A program made the translations under genes and the position numbers. A DNA stretch of 63,976 nucleotides, taken from a virus. Numbering within the stretch: the stretch's first letter is position 1; each line of letters starts with the position of its first letter. Positions 40,662 to 51,254 of this stretch are shown one piece after another. Location of the stretch: the IMG/VR virus record IMGVR_UViG_3300027740_000001, positions 1-63,976 of that record; one strand, written 5' to 3'. Under the pieces are notes generated by a model. That model saw nothing but the letters and a program-made list of their open reading frames with translations. It made no database searches and was not told the DNA's origin.

Positions 40662-40832
40662 ATGGCTATTACAATATTGATTATCGCATTGATTATTCTC
40701 GTTCCTGCAGGCGTAGCGGTTGGTTACGGGTTGGGGAAGAAAAAGCAAATCGCAGAGAAGGTATCCGGTGCAGTGGAAAAATATTCGGATAAAGTTTCAG
40801 AAGCGGTAAAAGACGCATCAGAGAAGATTTAA
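40662..40832 (+). CDS. Single-pass membrane miniprotein (56 aa)
   Basis: AAGGAGG lies 8 nt before the ATG. It has the N-terminal TM stretch AITILIIALIILVPAGVAVGYGL. Confidence 0.55.
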   Translation: MAITILIIALIILVPAGVAVGYGLGKKKQIAEKVSGAVEKYSDKVSEAVKDASEKI

Positions 40833-40867
40833 CCACTACCTTATAATCATCACGTAGGGAGGAGTTT

Positions 40868-41053
40868 ATGTCAACACTAAACGGACGTGTAGACATCATC
40901 GTCCATAACGGTAAGGTTAACCTTGAAACATCCATGGACGCTAAGCTTGTGGTTCAGGTTCTGATCCGTGCGCTCGGCAAAATCTACGAAACGCGTGTAC
41001 TCGGTCTCGGATCTGACAAGCAGGTTTGGACACCGGATGGATTCGGAGGATAG
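40868..41053 (+). CDS. Small protein (61 aa)
   Basis: GGGAGGAG lies upstream of the ATG. Confidence 0.55.
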   Translation: MSTLNGRVDIIVHNGKVNLETSMDAKLVVQVLIRALGKIYETRVLGLGSDKQVWTPDGFGG

Positions 41054-41166
41054 CAAGACCCCGGGAGCGACTATTAACGTGCATGGCACAGATGATATCG
41101 CAGACGCTGATTGGCTCGATTAATCACACGGTGCTCCCGGGGAAATATTACATATGGATAAAGTGA

Positions 41167-41511
41167 ATGGCATATAAGACACCCAAAACATCTATCACCA
41201 TAGCTCCGGATGAAACAACGGGAACATCCGTGAAAATATCATCCAATAAGGGAGTACATCAGGGTACTGTGTTTTTTGCTAAGATTGTTATCCCTGACTA
41301 CGAAAATGACGTTACTACTACAATCAACGTATTGGATGATGAAGATGAGGTGGTATATTCTTTTGCGGGTCTTGCAAAGGGTGTAACGCATATCGTATCA
41401 GACTTCCAGTGTCCGCTTATAGAGAAGGAGTCTTTTTCTGCAGAATTGAGCGGTGCCCATGGCGGAGAAAGCGGGTATACGATTTATGTAACCCTTTATT
41501 ATTTTAAATAA
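41167..41511 (+). CDS. Hypothetical (structural-block) protein (114 aa)
   Basis: ORF-track ORF. Confidence 0.55.
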   Translation: MAYKTPKTSITIAPDETTGTSVKISSNKGVHQGTVFFAKIVIPDYENDVTTTINVLDDEDEVVYSFAGLAKGVTHIVSDFQCPLIEKESFSAELSGAHGGESGYTIYVTLYYFK

Positions 41512-41540
41512 TGGTATGTTCTATGTAAGGAGGTAGTGGA

Positions 41541-42008
41541 ATGGCGACCTATGTGAAGTATGATGTTTTTGTTGAAAATCTAATGAACAAGGTTCTTGAT
41601 CTGCTTGGAGATACACCTGGTAGCAACTGTGATAGTTTGCGTGTAGTGCTTTCAAATACAAGTGGAGATGTGGCTGTAACCGTACAGACGTTATCGCAGG
41701 TAACTCAAATTGCTAACGGGAACGGATATACTACCGGTGGACTTCCACTTACGGGTGGATTAAACTCCGGTTCAAGGTCTGGTGGTACATTTACGCTTAC
41801 CGGTACAAAACAGGTGTGGACGTGCGTAACTGCTCCCATGGCACAGTTTCGTTACGTAATTCTTTACGATGATACGCCATCTGCTCCCGCCGATCCTCTT
41901 ATCTCATCCTGGGACTACGGACAGGGGCTGATACTTCAGGTTGGAGAAACCTTTAGCGTGAAGTTCAACGGTTCAGATACGTCTGGAACAATTCTAACGC
42001 TTACGTAA
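41541..42008 (+). CDS. Hypothetical structural-block protein (155 aa)
   Basis: AAGGAGG lies upstream, and the composition is beta-rich. Confidence 0.6.
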   Translation: MATYVKYDVFVENLMNKVLDLLGDTPGSNCDSLRVVLSNTSGDVAVTVQTLSQVTQIANGNGYTTGGLPLTGGLNSGSRSGGTFTLTGTKQVWTCVTAPMAQFRYVILYDDTPSAPADPLISSWDYGQGLILQVGETFSVKFNGSDTSGTILTLT

Positions 42009-42026
42009 TTTTATCTGGAGGAGATT

Positions 42027-42203
42027 ATGATACAGGGTGATCAACGCAAAGAGTGTTGTCAGAGATTGGAAAACCTCGAATTACAGCAAAACGACAAGTC
42101 AGACCTTCGGGTGATGAAGTGTAAAATTTGTGGGTGTCGTCATTTTGAGCTATCTGTAGATATTGGAATGCTTGGACTGCTTGGAAATAAATTAGGGGGA
42201 TAA
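42027..42203 (+). CDS. Small Cys-containing protein (58 aa)
   Basis: GGAGGAG lies 4 nt before the ATG. It contains CC...CKICGC. Manually found ORF. Confidence 0.45.
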   Translation: MIQGDQRKECCQRLENLELQQNDKSDLRVMKCKICGCRHFELSVDIGMLGLLGNKLGG

Positions 42204-42204
42204 T

Positions 42205-42822
42205 ATGACATTACCAAATGACTCTATTTTGGTAACTCCTGGAACGGGTGCAACTGTCGCAACGCAGTTAGTTGATAGTAAAGAATATCAGGTTATGATG
42301 GAGGCTGACTATTCTGGTCATATTAAGGGGAGCAGGGATGGATTTTTATGTTTTTTTACTCCCGCTACAAATGCAGCAAACAGAAGGGTGGCTGACCTAT
42401 TTAACGCTGATGCTTCAAAGATAGTAAGAATACAGGGGATTTGGATTATACCAACGTTGACTACGATTACTGGAGTTTCCATTGAGTTTCAGACAATAAG
42501 AACAAGTGCGGTTGGCACAGGCGGTACTGCAGAAACTCCAAGACCACTTGATACAAACCAGACGGCTCTTGATGCTGACATTACAGCAAGGTCTGGTGCT
42601 ACCGGTGGAGCAACCGAATCATACATTTATTATAGATCATACTTTAACAATGATGAGACAAATGCCACGGCTGGAATTATGGCATACCTTAACCAACTTC
42701 CAGTGATAAGCGATAAGGTGGTTGAAATTGTTCTTAGACAAAACCAGGGAATACTTCTTAAACAGGGTGCTTCAGGAACGGTTGGGCTAACCGGAGCCCT
42801 TATATATTTTACCGTAGAGTAG
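42205..42822 (+). CDS. Hypothetical structural-block protein (205 aa)
   Basis: ATG lies 1 nt after the previous stop, with GGGGGA upstream. Confidence 0.6.
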   Translation: MTLPNDSILVTPGTGATVATQLVDSKEYQVMMEADYSGHIKGSRDGFLCFFTPATNAANRRVADLFNADASKIVRIQGIWIIPTLTTITGVSIEFQTIRTSAVGTGGTAETPRPLDTNQTALDADITARSGATGGATESYIYYRSYFNNDETNATAGIMAYLNQLPVISDKVVEIVLRQNQGILLKQGASGTVGLTGALIYFTVE

Positions 42823-42825
42823 TAA

Positions 42826-43719
42826 ATGAGTCTCTTATTACTTTTTCCAGTTTCAGGATTACCACAGTATAGCATATCAGCCGATCCGGGAGCATATATC
42901 ATATCTGGAGTAACGACATCTGCGTTGGCTGGCAGAACCATTTCCGTACCATCTGGTAACTATGGTATTACCGGAATAGATAATATTCTTAGCCGTGGAT
43001 ACAATATTGTATTGTCTCCTGGTGCATATTCTATATCTGGTGTTAATACAATCAATCTTATTGCCAGGATGATTAATGCAGGCATTGGTAATTATCCTAT
43101 TACCGGATTCGCTTCTTCACCGCTAACAGGGAGGATCATTAGTTCTGAACCAGGCGTATATCTAATAACTGGAACAGATACTATATTGGGTCGTGGATTC
43201 ACCATCATATCATCTCCAGGAAATTATACCCTGGTAGGTTTTGATGCTACACTGCTTCAGGAAACTGGCGGATATTTTATCTCTTTAAGTCCAGGAGCGT
43301 ATGATATTTCAGGAGCAGATGCGCTTCTCGCTTCGAATCGTATTTTTAACGTAGAAAGTAGCGTGTATTCCATTACTGGAGTAAATGCTTCTACTGTTGC
43401 CGAACGGATGTTACTGGCAAACCCTGGAGCACACGTTCTCACTGGTGCTGACATTTCCGCCTTGGCACAACACCTGCTTAACACAGATCCTGGTACATAT
43501 GGTATTACTGGTTCGTATGCTACTTTCGACATTATTAAACAATATTTAATGTCAGCAGATCCTGGTGCCTATCTAATCATGGGATCAAAAGCGTGGGCAG
43601 AATTATTATTACAAGATATTCCTGGTGGCATTGATATACCACCGCTTGTAGTTCCTCATGCTGATAAAATATACGTGTTATATAAACGAAGAAAAGAAAT
43701 CCACCTTGAGATTCCATAA
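42826..43719 (+). CDS. Repeat protein: about 11 tandem 21-aa units (..PGxYxITGxxAxL..), fibre/whisker candidate
   Basis: Units such as DPGAYIISGVTTSALAGRTI, SPGAYSISGVNTINLIARMI and EPGVYLITGTDTILGRGFTI were read directly from the translation. Confidence 0.7.
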   Translation: MSLLLLFPVSGLPQYSISADPGAYIISGVTTSALAGRTISVPSGNYGITGIDNILSRGYNIVLSPGAYSISGVNTINLIARMINAGIGNYPITGFASSPLTGRIISSEPGVYLITGTDTILGRGFTIISSPGNYTLVGFDATLLQETGGYFISLSPGAYDISGADALLASNRIFNVESSVYSITGVNASTVAERMLLANPGAHVLTGADISALAQHLLNTDPGTYGITGSYATFDIIKQYLMSADPGAYLIMGSKAWAELLLQDIPGGIDIPPLVVPHADKIYVLYKRRKEIHLEIP

Positions 43720-43897
43720 CGCATGAAAACAACTTCGATAAAACTTGGACCACCATATTCTTCGGTTGGTAAAATTATCCTGCATTGTAAAAACATACCA
43801 AAGATCAACGGGAAGTCTATACTGAAGCCATGGTACGTTCGTGCGTGGAGATGGATAGCTGATAGAAACTGGTTAATGTGGTGATAAAATAAATTAT

Positions 43898-45421
43898 ATG
43901 ACCATTAAGACATATTCTTTCGCATCTGTTCCTACGCTTAAAAAGTTTTACGAAGATAGATCATTCATATCTTCCGTCTTTGGCCCTTTTGGGTCGGGCA
44001 AGTCTTCTGCGTGTGTGATTAAACTTTATCAACTTGCCTGTCAACAGGCACCTGGTCCAGATGGTGTTAAACATTCACGTTGGGGAATAGTGCGTAATAG
44101 TATGCCTCAACTACGTGATACAACCATTCCTACATTTTTCAACTGGATGGAAGAGCTTGGGGAATATAACAAAAGCGATTGGGACTTTGTTATAAATAAA
44201 GTAAAGTCTCCAGATGGATATCCGATTGAGGCTTGGTTTCATTTTAGGGCCTTGGACAAAATTAAGGATGTGAGGAACCTTCTAAGCCTTGAATTAACTG
44301 GGGCATGGTTCAACGAGGTTAAGGAGATTCCGAAACGTATTGTTGATATCATGAGGGGAAGAGTTGGAAGGTTTCCTCCAAAAAACATGGGTGGAGCTAC
44401 CTGGTCTGGAATGCTTTTTGATTCAAATGCCCCCGACACGGATCATTGGTTATACAAGCTATTTGAAGTAGATAGACCAGTATATTGTCCTAAGTGCCGT
44501 GATGCACAGGGTGGAATAGTTTTATTTATTAATGACCAATGTCCTAAATGTAATATATCACACGGAATTCCGTTTGTCAAGCTGTTTCGTCAACCAAGCG
44601 GTCGAGGACCTAACGCAGAAAATCTTCCCAATCTCCCGATAGGCTACTACGCCACCCTAACCGCAGGCATGGACAAGGACTTTATCCGTGTATTCGCCGA
44701 TGGTGAGTACGGCTACGTCTCTGATGGTAAGCCTGTCTACATGATGTTTGATGACGACAAGCATATATCTAAGGATAAAATCAAGGCTGATCCAGGGTAC
44801 CCCCTCATTATAGGCTTCGACAATACAGGTCGTGACCAGGCTGCTGTTATCTGTCAGTACCTCCCGATTGGTCAGTTTCGTGTGCTCCACGAATTCATAA
44901 TGACAGACACTGGCACCCGTACCCTCGTTCGTGAGATAGTCAAGCCGTTTGTACTTTCTACCTACCCGGGTGCCAAGCTCATTCTAACCGGTGATCCTGC
45001 TGGTGTTAAAGCAAGTGACACAGATGATCGCAACACATTCCAGGAAATCAGCGAGGCATTCGGTATCCAGGCTACCCCGGCACGGTCAAACGCGTTATCA
45101 CCACGATTAAACTCGGTTGAGAGTTTTCTTAAGAAATACATAGGTGGTAACAGGTTCGGAATGCTTATCGATCCTGGGTGTCCACTTATCATCAAGGGGT
45201 TTCGTGGCGAATACCGCATGCGTAGATTACAATTAGTAGGTCAGGAAAGGTACACCGACAAGCCCGAGAAAAACCTGGTGAGCCATGGACACGATGCCCT
45301 GCAATACGCATGTATGGCTGTTGAGGATGCATTGACATTACTATCACCTGGTTCATTAGACATGTATGGTCAGAAAAGCTCAATACTAACACGTCCGAAC
45401 GCGTGGGCTGCTTTTACATAG
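43898..45421 (+). CDS. terL: Terminase large subunit
   Basis: Walker A is GPFGSGKSS and Walker B-like is GAWFNEVKE. The RNaseH-like nuclease Asp motifs are IIGFDNTGRD and HGHDALQY. It lies directly upstream of the portal-sized gene. Confidence 0.85.
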   Translation: MTIKTYSFASVPTLKKFYEDRSFISSVFGPFGSGKSSACVIKLYQLACQQAPGPDGVKHSRWGIVRNSMPQLRDTTIPTFFNWMEELGEYNKSDWDFVINKVKSPDGYPIEAWFHFRALDKIKDVRNLLSLELTGAWFNEVKEIPKRIVDIMRGRVGRFPPKNMGGATWSGMLFDSNAPDTDHWLYKLFEVDRPVYCPKCRDAQGGIVLFINDQCPKCNISHGIPFVKLFRQPSGRGPNAENLPNLPIGYYATLTAGMDKDFIRVFADGEYGYVSDGKPVYMMFDDDKHISKDKIKADPGYPLIIGFDNTGRDQAAVICQYLPIGQFRVLHEFIMTDTGTRTLVREIVKPFVLSTYPGAKLILTGDPAGVKASDTDDRNTFQEISEAFGIQATPARSNALSPRLNSVESFLKKYIGGNRFGMLIDPGCPLIIKGFRGEYRMRRLQLVGQERYTDKPEKNLVSHGHDALQYACMAVEDALTLLSPGSLDMYGQKSSILTRPNAWAAFT

Positions 45422-45430
45422 GAGATCTAA

Positions 45431-47518
45431 ATGGTAAACGGAATAGTTCAGATGAAGTCAAACGACCAGCTTTTAGATGAAGAGAGAGCGTCTATCGCTA
45501 TGGATCAAGAAGCTGAGGCTGCTGCCACCGAGGGAACAAAACTTAACTACCATCTCATGTCTGTATTAAGAAATAGGTGGGAAAGCTCTGTTCGCAATAA
45601 AATAGATGTGGAGACTCAGTTCTTTAAAAACCTTGACCAGATAAATCGCGTGTACGAACAGCAGAAGCTGGCAGCTATTCGTGAGATAAGTGGTAGCGAG
45701 GTATTCATAGGTATCACCGAGTCAAAGTTTCGTCATGCCAAGGCCTGGGTTCGGGATGCTCTATCACAGCGTCCATGGGGTGTTAAGCCTACCCCGGTTC
45801 CAGATGTGTCGAAAGATCTTATCTCCCAGGTCCAGCAATCGTTCGTATCCGAAACCCTACGATCCATCCAGATGAAAGCTCAGGCCGCTGGTGTTACGGT
45901 TGATATGCCATCTGCCATTGCAGAGATTCAGGCAACGATGCCGGATCTCCAGAATAAGGTTAAATCTGAGGTTAAGAGCGAAGTCTGGGAACGATGCGGT
46001 GAGATGGAGAAAGAAGTTGATGACAAGCTTGTTGACGGTGGATGGTATAACGCACTTGATTCAACCATTCCCGATACGATATCTCTCGGTACCGGCATCA
46101 TGCTTGGTCCGTTCAAGCGTAACAAGAAGACATTGATCGCAACAGATGATGGTGGAGTTACCGCACAGGACGTTGTTACTAATGAGTTTGAACGTGTATC
46201 TCCCTTTCATGTATACCCACAGAAGAGTTCAAATGGTCCAGATAGTGGGTGGGTATTCGTTCGTCTTCAATACCGCAAACTTGACCTGCAGAAGTTGATA
46301 GGTGTTGAGGGATTTGACAGTGATGAGATACTGGCTGTACTGTCAGAAATGGAAGCTGGTAAGCTTCGAGACTGGACATACGTTGAAGTTGAAAAGGCGA
46401 TTCGTGAAAAGAAAACCGTAGAGAGCGTCTATGACTCAAGCGTTATCGACTGTATTCTATACATGGGTCCGATGGGTGGTAAGGACTTGAAAGAGGCTGG
46501 CATTGACATCCCCGCAGACAAAGAAGATTTCGATTTCCTATCAAACATCTGGTTCATTGGGAGTCATTATATCAAGGCTGTTCTCAACGAAGATCCACTT
46601 GGTCGTCAACCGATCTCGATTGCTCACTTCGAAGAGAATGTGGACGGTTGGTGGGGTAAGGGTCTACCGGAACTGATAGAACCTGAGCAGACCGTGTGTA
46701 ACGCCTGTGCTCGTGCCGTTGTGAATAATGTAGCCATGGGTAGTGGGCCACAGGTGGAAATCAATACATCACGACTAAAGGGTGGAGATCTCGGCGACAC
46801 ACGTATTATCCCGTGGAAAAAGTGGTTGACTACCGGTGCAGGAATGCAGACCGGAAAGGCTATTGAATTCTGGCAACCAGCAATGCACGCACAGGAAATA
46901 CTGTACGTATTCAATGATTTTAAACGTGGCGCTGACGAACGATCGAGTATACCAGCGTATGCACATGGAGATCCGAATGTTGGTGGTGGAGGCTCAACGG
47001 CCAGCGGATTGTCAATGTTAATCACCCAGGCTGCACGTGGGATACGTGGAATCATAAAGGGTATTGACACAGATATGATATCCCGCAGTGTTGGGTTCAT
47101 CTATGAACATCTTGCACTCAATCCTAAATATAAGGATAAGATAGGTGATGCCAAGCTGGTAGCAACTGGATCCCAGGCTCTACTTGAAAAGGAACAGCGT
47201 GCGGTACGTATGTTGGAGTTCTTGAACGCGACAAACAATCCAGTTGACCTACAGCTAATGGGACCAGAAGGTCGTGGGTATCTACTGAGTGAAGTTGCTA
47301 AGTCTCATGACATCGATCCAGAAAGGTCGTTACCAAGACTCCAGGCAATGCGTGGACAGATGATAGGACAACCAGAAGTTCCGGTTGAGATACCGAACAG
47401 GGGAACACCTCCCGTGGCGAGTCGAAACTTAGCCCCAGGAGGAATTGAACCTCAAGGTGGTGCCGCACAATTACTGGCTGGGCGCGGTGGTCCTGCTGCA
47501 GCCCCGCCAACACAATAA
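45431..47518 (+). CDS. Portal protein (by size and position)
   Basis: The 695-aa ORF lies immediately after terL and before the scaffold and capsid genes. Confidence 0.7.
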   Translation: MVNGIVQMKSNDQLLDEERASIAMDQEAEAAATEGTKLNYHLMSVLRNRWESSVRNKIDVETQFFKNLDQINRVYEQQKLAAIREISGSEVFIGITESKFRHAKAWVRDALSQRPWGVKPTPVPDVSKDLISQVQQSFVSETLRSIQMKAQAAGVTVDMPSAIAEIQATMPDLQNKVKSEVKSEVWERCGEMEKEVDDKLVDGGWYNALDSTIPDTISLGTGIMLGPFKRNKKTLIATDDGGVTAQDVVTNEFERVSPFHVYPQKSSNGPDSGWVFVRLQYRKLDLQKLIGVEGFDSDEILAVLSEMEAGKLRDWTYVEVEKAIREKKTVESVYDSSVIDCILYMGPMGGKDLKEAGIDIPADKEDFDFLSNIWFIGSHYIKAVLNEDPLGRQPISIAHFEENVDGWWGKGLPELIEPEQTVCNACARAVVNNVAMGSGPQVEINTSRLKGGDLGDTRIIPWKKWLTTGAGMQTGKAIEFWQPAMHAQEILYVFNDFKRGADERSSIPAYAHGDPNVGGGGSTASGLSMLITQAARGIRGIIKGIDTDMISRSVGFIYEHLALNPKYKDKIGDAKLVATGSQALLEKEQRAVRMLEFLNATNNPVDLQLMGPEGRGYLLSEVAKSHDIDPERSLPRLQAMRGQMIGQPEVPVEIPNRGTPPVASRNLAPGGIEPQGGAAQLLAGRGGPAAAPPTQ

Positions 47519-47587
47519 TTGATCACGATGGTGAGCTATCCAAAGGGTTCTGTCCCGCGGTAATGCTCATCGCTACATGGAGGACAT

Positions 47588-47896
47588 ATGTTCAATATAA
47601 CCGCTGACTTACTCAAATCCATCACAATATTGCAGTCCACAGAGCAGACCCGCGGTGCATGGTTGATGTTTCTTAATGAATTCAAGAAGATACGAGATGA
47701 ACACGTTAGTGAATCTATTCACTATGTTCCTGCTACTGACGATGTAAACGCAGGATCTCGTATGGACACATACCGTGGAATCGCCATCTGCTTAGACGTT
47801 CTTACAAATTCATTCGAAGACCCTATGGGCATTTTGTCAGATCTCGAAAAGACATCTAAGGATATTCAGAATGCTCCGGCTTCAACAGCATTTTAA
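47588..47896 (+). CDS. Hypothetical head-module protein (102 aa)
   Basis: ORF-track ORF with GGAGGA upstream. Confidence 0.55.
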   Translation: MFNITADLLKSITILQSTEQTRGAWLMFLNEFKKIRDEHVSESIHYVPATDDVNAGSRMDTYRGIAICLDVLTNSFEDPMGILSDLEKTSKDIQNAPASTAF

Positions 47897-48039
47897 TGTA
47901 CACTTTTTGTCACTAATTGCCATATATGACAATTATGTGCTATAGTTCACCATCTTCATCATTATAACACCTATCTTGTAGGCTATAATGAAATCTAAAA
48001 ATGGGATTACCCTGGCGTAACGGGCTCCCGGGAGGAAAT

Positions 48040-49179
48040 ATGAACGCCATAGATATCGAAGCGATACGTAAGGAAACACAGAAAATGGAGGATGCGCTGT
48101 TTAAACCTGGTGAGACACCTCCGGTTGCGCCAGCAGAGACACCACCGGTAGTTCCGACTACACCGTCTGAATCACCAGTAGAGACTCCAGCTACGCCACC
48201 GACAGAAACACCTCCGGTTGAATCACCCCCTACTGAACCACCAGTTACACCATCGCCAGACGTTCCCCCAACGGAACCTCCGGCTACGCCACCCACACCT
48301 CAACCGATAGAATCACTTGGTTCATCCGAAGACTTTGAGCATAAATACAAGGTACTTCAGGGTAAGTACAACAAGGAACTCAAGGAGGTTCGTAACTCCG
48401 GGAAGGAAGCTTCTGATCGTGTGATTGCTCTCGAATATGAGCGCGGTCAACTTCAGGGACAGGTTAGAGACCTTACCTCAAGATTGGAAAGACTTGAAAT
48501 GGGTGAGACGTTACCAGCCAGTACCAAACAGGTTGGAGGGTATGATCCTGAAAAAGATCCAGACGCTTTGTACATCAAAAAAGAATTTCCAGAACTATGG
48601 AACTCTCTTTTGCCGATGTTTAAGAAATCCAACGCCGCTGCAATCGCAGAGGCTACCGGTAGGATCGAAAGGGTGGAAAGCGAAGTAAAGGGTGTTGCCG
48701 AACAAAGCAAGGCCTCCGCTAAAACATCGTTTCAAAGATATCTCGATGACAACGTTGATGGTTGGAGAACCGTAGACGTAGACCCTGAGTTTTCAAAATG
48801 GTTAAACACACCAGCACCGTATACAAACATTCCAAAAAGAGCCCTAATTGAGAAGGCGATCAAGGAATTCGATGCTGTGACAACCTCTAAATTCTTTTTA
48901 GACTTTGCTAACGAGCATAGTCAAGTAGATGATGGTAATACACCACCCGCGACTACACCGAAGCCAAAACCTATGGTAACGCCAGGTCCTGTAACGCCAC
49001 CGAAACCCTTAACCCCCCCACTTCCACCGAGGAGGGCTAACACAGAAATAATCACGACCGACGAGATCACGAAGTTTTACGAAGACCGGATGCACGGTAA
49101 ATACGAAGGTAAGGACGTAGAAATGCTTGCTTACGAAAAACGTATTGAAAAAGCCGTAGCGGAGGGTCGAGTGAAATAG
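48040..49179 (+). CDS. Scaffolding protein candidate with N-terminal Pro/Thr/Glu repeat region
   Basis: ATG at 48040 follows GGGAGG. ETPPV-type repeats (about 48110..48300) are followed by long charged helices. It lies immediately upstream of the capsid gene. Confidence 0.6.
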   Translation: MNAIDIEAIRKETQKMEDALFKPGETPPVAPAETPPVVPTTPSESPVETPATPPTETPPVESPPTEPPVTPSPDVPPTEPPATPPTPQPIESLGSSEDFEHKYKVLQGKYNKELKEVRNSGKEASDRVIALEYERGQLQGQVRDLTSRLERLEMGETLPASTKQVGGYDPEKDPDALYIKKEFPELWNSLLPMFKKSNAAAIAEATGRIERVESEVKGVAEQSKASAKTSFQRYLDDNVDGWRTVDVDPEFSKWLNTPAPYTNIPKRALIEKAIKEFDAVTTSKFFLDFANEHSQVDDGNTPPATTPKPKPMVTPGPVTPPKPLTPPLPPRRANTEIITTDEITKFYEDRMHGKYEGKDVEMLAYEKRIEKAVAEGRVK

Positions 49180-49220
49180 ACGAAATTGGAAGGTCGTGAT
49201 ACAAAGAAAGGAAAAATATC

Positions 49221-50150
49221 ATGACTTTCCCTTATGCACCAGGACATCCAGATTATTCGAGTACCGGAGACGTGAAGTTTATCCCCCAGCTTTGGGCGGG
49301 TAAGGTAATCGTCAAATGGTACGACAGCACATTACTTCCCAAAATCACCAACTCGGACTACGAGGGGATGATCAAGAAACAGGGTGACACGGTCATCCTT
49401 CGGTCAATCGCCAGCGTAACCATCGAGGATCACAACATTGGTGATAGCTTCACTTACGAGCGACCAACCTCTACCCCTCTTACCATGCTTATTGATAAAG
49501 GTAAGAGATGGAGGATTGCCCTTGATGACGTAATCAAGGTTCAGACAGACCAACCGCTGTTAAATCAGTGGACCGATGATGCCGGGATGCAGATGAAGAT
49601 CAGCATCGAGACATCGTTTTTTGCAGATAGTGGTATCTATGCTGGAATGCACGCCTCTAACACTGGTCTTACGGCTGGTGTCAAGTCTGCCAGTTTCAAC
49701 CTTGGAACAACCGGCGCTCCCGTTCAGGTTACAGACGCTAACGTCCTCGATTACATCGTAGACTGCGGTACCGTGCTTGACGAGCAGAACGTTCCGGAGC
49801 AGGGTCGATGGTTTGTCATTCCCACCTGGATGGCCGGACTTATCAAAAAGTCTGACCTGAAGGATGCCAGCTTCTCTGGAGATTCAGGTAACCCAGCCCT
49901 TCGCATGGGTCGCCTTGGAATGATCGACAGGTTCACCCTTTACTCCTCGAACTTGCTGAATCACTCAACCACAACCTATTACCACTCTCTGTTCGGGGTT
50001 AACCAGGCGATTACGTTTGCAACCCAGATCACGGAAACAGAGAAACTTCGAAACCCATTTGCGTTTGAAGACCTCGTGAGAGGGCTCCAGGTTTATGGGT
50101 ACAAAGTGGTCAAGCCTGAAGGTTACGGCGCATTGATCTGCTACAAGTAA
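49221..50150 (+). CDS. Major capsid protein (HK97-fold, P22-coat-like N-terminal pattern)
   Basis: The position after the scaffold fits. The N-terminal FIPQLWAGKVIVKWYDSTLLPKITNSDYEGMIKKQGDTVIL matches the recurrent coat-protein pattern. A hairpin follows the stop. Confidence 0.7.
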   Translation: MTFPYAPGHPDYSSTGDVKFIPQLWAGKVIVKWYDSTLLPKITNSDYEGMIKKQGDTVILRSIASVTIEDHNIGDSFTYERPTSTPLTMLIDKGKRWRIALDDVIKVQTDQPLLNQWTDDAGMQMKISIETSFFADSGIYAGMHASNTGLTAGVKSASFNLGTTGAPVQVTDANVLDYIVDCGTVLDEQNVPEQGRWFVIPTWMAGLIKKSDLKDASFSGDSGNPALRMGRLGMIDRFTLYSSNLLNHSTTTYYHSLFGVNQAITFATQITETEKLRNPFAFEDLVRGLQVYGYKVVKPEGYGALICYK

Positions 50151-50309
50151 CATTTAATCGTGACGGGGGTTAGTGTTCACCATTAACCCTCGTTCATAAT
50201 TTGTGAACGCAGAAGATGCGTAATTTAGTAATTAACAATTTAGAAGGTGTTGCATTCAGGTAGAGAGTATCTGGGTGTACCATCTCTTATCTTATGGAGG
50301 GTTTAAACA

Positions 50310-50789
50310 ATGACAGTTCAAAGTGTAGTTGCAAGCCAATCTTATTCATACCCCGCTGGTGGACAGAACAGGTTCTTTGTCATCGAGAATATCGTTGATT
50401 TTAAAACCTGCTTCGTGGGTTCACTTGGAACAGCGTACATTACATCTGGTGATTCGTGCAAGCTTATCAAGATTCCTAAGAGTGCGTTTGTTACTCAGGT
50501 TTTGGTAAGGCTTGAGAGAAAAGGTGATATTGGAGCCAGCACATTTACGCTTGGTGACAGTGTTGCATCAGATTCTTGGATGGATACCGCCAACGCGATT
50601 GGTAGCGGTGGAACAAACGGTACGGTTTTCCAGATGCTGGTGGATGATAATAACGGTGCAAACAGCATGAACGGATATTTTTACACGGCTGATGATTACA
50701 TCCTGATGACCATTGCGGGTGCCAACGACAACTCAAAAATTACCGTTGCCGCAATCTGCACAATGCCTTTTAGCAAGGCTACCGGTTAA
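50310..50789 (+). CDS. Head-associated protein (159 aa), decoration candidate
   Basis: ORF after the capsid gene with GGAGGG upstream and a GGGAGC/GCTCCC hairpin downstream. Confidence 0.55.
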   Translation: MTVQSVVASQSYSYPAGGQNRFFVIENIVDFKTCFVGSLGTAYITSGDSCKLIKIPKSAFVTQVLVRLERKGDIGASTFTLGDSVASDSWMDTANAIGSGGTNGTVFQMLVDDNNGANSMNGYFYTADDYILMTIAGANDNSKITVAAICTMPFSKATG

Positions 50790-50848
50790 TTTAATCATGG
50801 GAGCGTGGGAATAGACCCTGCTCCCAATTTCTATCTTAGAGGTGGTCT

Positions 50849-51124
50849 ATGAGTATTAGAGAAAAAGTTCGCTTTGGTAAGGTACAGTTGACTGGTGTTC
50901 GTCATGGTGTTAACTTTGCGAGCGACGAAGTTGTACTATTAGAAGATCCACTCGGTGACATCCTTTTGGCTACCGGCACAACCGTTCCAACCGATACGGC
51001 TGACGGGTATGCAAAGGGATGTTTGTTTATTGACACAGATGTTGCTACGGGTACGGGTGGATTGTACTGTAACAAGGGTACAAAGGACTCTTGCGTGTTT
51101 ACACTTGTAACGCAGGCAGCATAA
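50849..51124 (+). CDS. Small structural protein (91 aa)
   Basis: ORF-track ORF. GYAKGCLFIDTD...GGLYCNKGT looks conserved. Confidence 0.55.
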   Translation: MSIREKVRFGKVQLTGVRHGVNFASDEVVLLEDPLGDILLATGTTVPTDTADGYAKGCLFIDTDVATGTGGLYCNKGTKDSCVFTLVTQAA

Positions 51125-51254
51125 CAATTTGATCAGTAGGGTGCAGAACAGCACAAACTGTACGAAGCATAACAATTATACGGAATGGATTAATTTCCAA
51201 TCCCAGTAACGGCCTTAGCTCGCGAGGAAGGCGTGAATTATAAGGAGATGTATT

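Noticed and set aside
43723-43884. 53-aa Trp/Arg-rich ORF just upstream of terL as a small terminase
   Set aside because: It has no SD, is very short and has no helix-turn-helix pattern. It is not reported as a feature.
47940-48296. 118-aa minus ORF rich in GG(V/T)(S/A)G repeats
   Set aside because: It is the antisense image of the Pro/Thr/Glu repeat region of the scaffold-like gene.
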